The position numbers and the translations under genes were made by a program. Shown here in pieces: positions 62,021 through 64,000 of a stretch of 64,000 bases of DNA. This stretch comes from Sphyrna mokarran (Eukaryota). Numbering within the stretch: position 1 is the first letter of the stretch; every line of letters begins with the position of its first letter. The DNA lies in contig JAGIQG010000013.1 in assembly GCA_024679065.1 (NCBI GenBank), positions 36,270,001 to 36,334,000 of the forward strand, in the 5' to 3' direction. Below the pieces are notes generated by a model. The model saw only the letters and a list, made by a program, of their open reading frames with translations. It was not told the DNA's origin and did no database searches.

Positions 62021-62544
62021 CCAGTTGGTGAAGGATAAAACAGAAGCTAATCTCATTTGTTATTTAAAAGTTATGTATTACAAATTGTTCCTAATTCAAC
62101 AATAATTTTAGTCTGCTTTTTTACTGGTAAACATCCACCACTTGCATGAAATTAAAACACAATGAATATACAATTACTAAATTCCATTGTTAATAATTAT
62201 GCATAGCCAAAATTTCAAAACAAACAAACAATCATAAACTTCCATATCCTGCATGAAGTATTACAATGCCATATTCCCTTCCTGTCGATATTTCTTTGTT
62301 CCACATCTTTAGGAATGTCGCAACTGTTGTATTAAAGTCAATTGCCAAAGGAAAGTTCACTATAGAATTTGACAGTATCCTCCAATACTTTTACAGATTT
62401 CACACTTCTCGCTAATTTCTTATCTTAACCTTGTATGCTATTCTTTCATCGTGCCTAGATCTTTTAGCAGGATTTACACTTTTTGATAAGTACGGTCAGA
62501 GACATATGGCCAATGTAACTTAAAGATAATTTGCGTTTGCCTGA

Positions 62545-62695
62545 TAAGAACAAAAAATGCTAAAAACTCAGCTTAGTAGACAGCATCTGTGGAGAGCAAC
62601 ACAGTTAATATTTCAGGTCAACGACTTTGCATCAGAGCTTAGCAGCTAAGTTTTTCCAATATGTTTTCTTTTCATTTCTGATTTCCAGCAACTTT
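62545..62695 (-). mobile_element. Short Penelope 3'-end remnant with a decayed hammerhead core
   Basis: Reverse complement reads ctctgatgcaaagtcgttgacctgaaatattaactgtgttgctctccacagatgctg. Confidence 0.55.
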
Positions 62696-62949
62696 TTTGC
62701 TCTTTTCCTTATCTGATGCCATTAACACTCAATGGAAAATTCAGGGCCTGAATTTTGTGCCTGATGTGTACGTGTTACAACCAGGCCCGAAACACCAAAG
62801 TATTTCACGAAAATAGCCTGGTCTTTATCTTTGAATTTGGTGTGGGTGAGCAGAATGATTCAAGTAATCCACTAGGAAATTTTTTTTTAAATCAAATATC
62901 AACTGAGATGTAGTGATCCTCAAGTTAAATTACAAGTCAGTAATCTCCC

Positions 62950-64000
62950 TTAAAAGGATAAGACTGAAACACTTGCAGCATTCTTCAGCCAAAAGTGTTG
63001 AGTGGCTGATCCATCTTGGCTTCCTCCAGTGGTTCCCAGCATCTCAGATGCCAGTCTCCAACCAATTCAATTCACTCCATGTGATATCAAGAAACGACTG
63101 GAGGCACTGGATACTTCAAAGGCAGTGGGCCCTGATAACATTCCAGAAATAGAGTACTGAAGACTTGTGCTCCAGAACTTGCTGTTCCCCTAGCCAAGCT
63201 CTTCCAGTATAGTTACAACACTGGCATCTACCCAACAAGTGGAAAATTGCCCAACTACGTTGTGTACACAAAAGCAGGACAAAACCAATCCAGCCAATTA
63301 CCACCTAGTATACTCTTGATCATCAGTAAAGTATTAGAAGGGATCATCAACAATGCTATCAAGCAGCACCTGGCTAGTAATAATTTGCTCAATGATGGCC
63401 AGTTTGGGTTTCACCAGGGTCACACAGCTCCTCATTACAGCCTTGGTCCAAACATGGACAAAAGAGCTGAATTCCAGAGGTGAGTGTGTGACTGACCTTG
63501 ACATCAAGGCCACTTTCAACTGAGTGTAACATCAAACAGCCCTTGCAAAACTGGCATTAATTATTATCGTGGGCTAACTCTCCTCTAGTTGGAGTCATAC
63601 TGATACATCGGAAGATGGTTCGTGGAGGATCAGCTCCAGGACCACCCTCAGGATGGTGTCCTAGGCCCAACCATCTTCAGCTGCTCTGTCACTGACCTAC
63701 CTTCTGTCATAAGGTCAGAAGTGGGAATGGTCGCTGATGATTGCGCAATGCTCAGAACTATTCACAACTCTTCAAAGTAGTCCATTTTCAAATGCAACAA
63801 GATCTCAACAATATCCAGGTTTGGATTGACAAATGGTAAATAACATTCACACCACACAAATGCCAGGCAACGATCATCACCAATAAGAGACACTATCCAC
63901 TACCCATTAACATTCAATGGTGTTACCATCACTGAATCCTCCACTATCAACATCCTTGATGTTATCATTGACCAGAAACTCAACTGGACTCAGATACAAA
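62950..64000 (+). mobile_element. 27560-type L2/CR1-group LINE, RT region (runs off the window)
   Basis: Collinear with 27810-28750 (gtactgaagacttgtgctccagaacttg; caaatgcaacaagatct). Confidence 0.85.

Noticed and set aside
403-63519. The many other 60-150 aa ORFs as independent genes
   Set aside because: They are antisense or off-frame readings of repeats and exons, or random frames, with no recognisable domains or splice structure.
1-64000. CRISPR array, retron or DGR-type RT system
   Set aside because: There is no repeat-spacer array, and all RTs are eukaryotic CR1, L2, Rex1 or Penelope types inside spliceosomal introns.

Overview
Eukaryotic, AT-rich vertebrate genomic DNA. The repeat content (HE1/V-SINE-like and Deu-domain SINEs, abundant CR1, Penelope, Rex1/Babar) points to a cartilaginous fish, most likely a shark (inference). 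The whole window lies inside one minus-strand gene, an SLC22A15-type MFS solute carrier. I mapped coding exons 2-12 by hand (61144 down to the stop at 177; 1554 nt, 517 aa plus stop, all intron phases consistent); exon 1 lies beyond position 64000. The introns are filled with transposons. These include two young CR1 LINEs and a Penelope-like element with ~470-bp inverted pseudo-LTRs, hammerhead-ribozyme cores and a 13-bp target duplication. Not annotated by the ORF track are a decayed Gypsy/Mag LTR element, a pogo transposase split by several later insertions, a Harbinger transposase relic and a family of Harbinger-like MITEs. Gene-level oddities are a GC-AG intron 8 donor, a YCAY (TCAC) cluster at the exon 2 acceptor and a PESPRW-to-PESPHW change. 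I see no prokaryote-type system (CRISPR etc.) and no clearly new biological system; the best leads are RNA-level features and a possible LINE/SINE chimera. Exon coordinates are exact; repeat boundaries are approximate, and family assignments rest on recalled motifs, not database searches.
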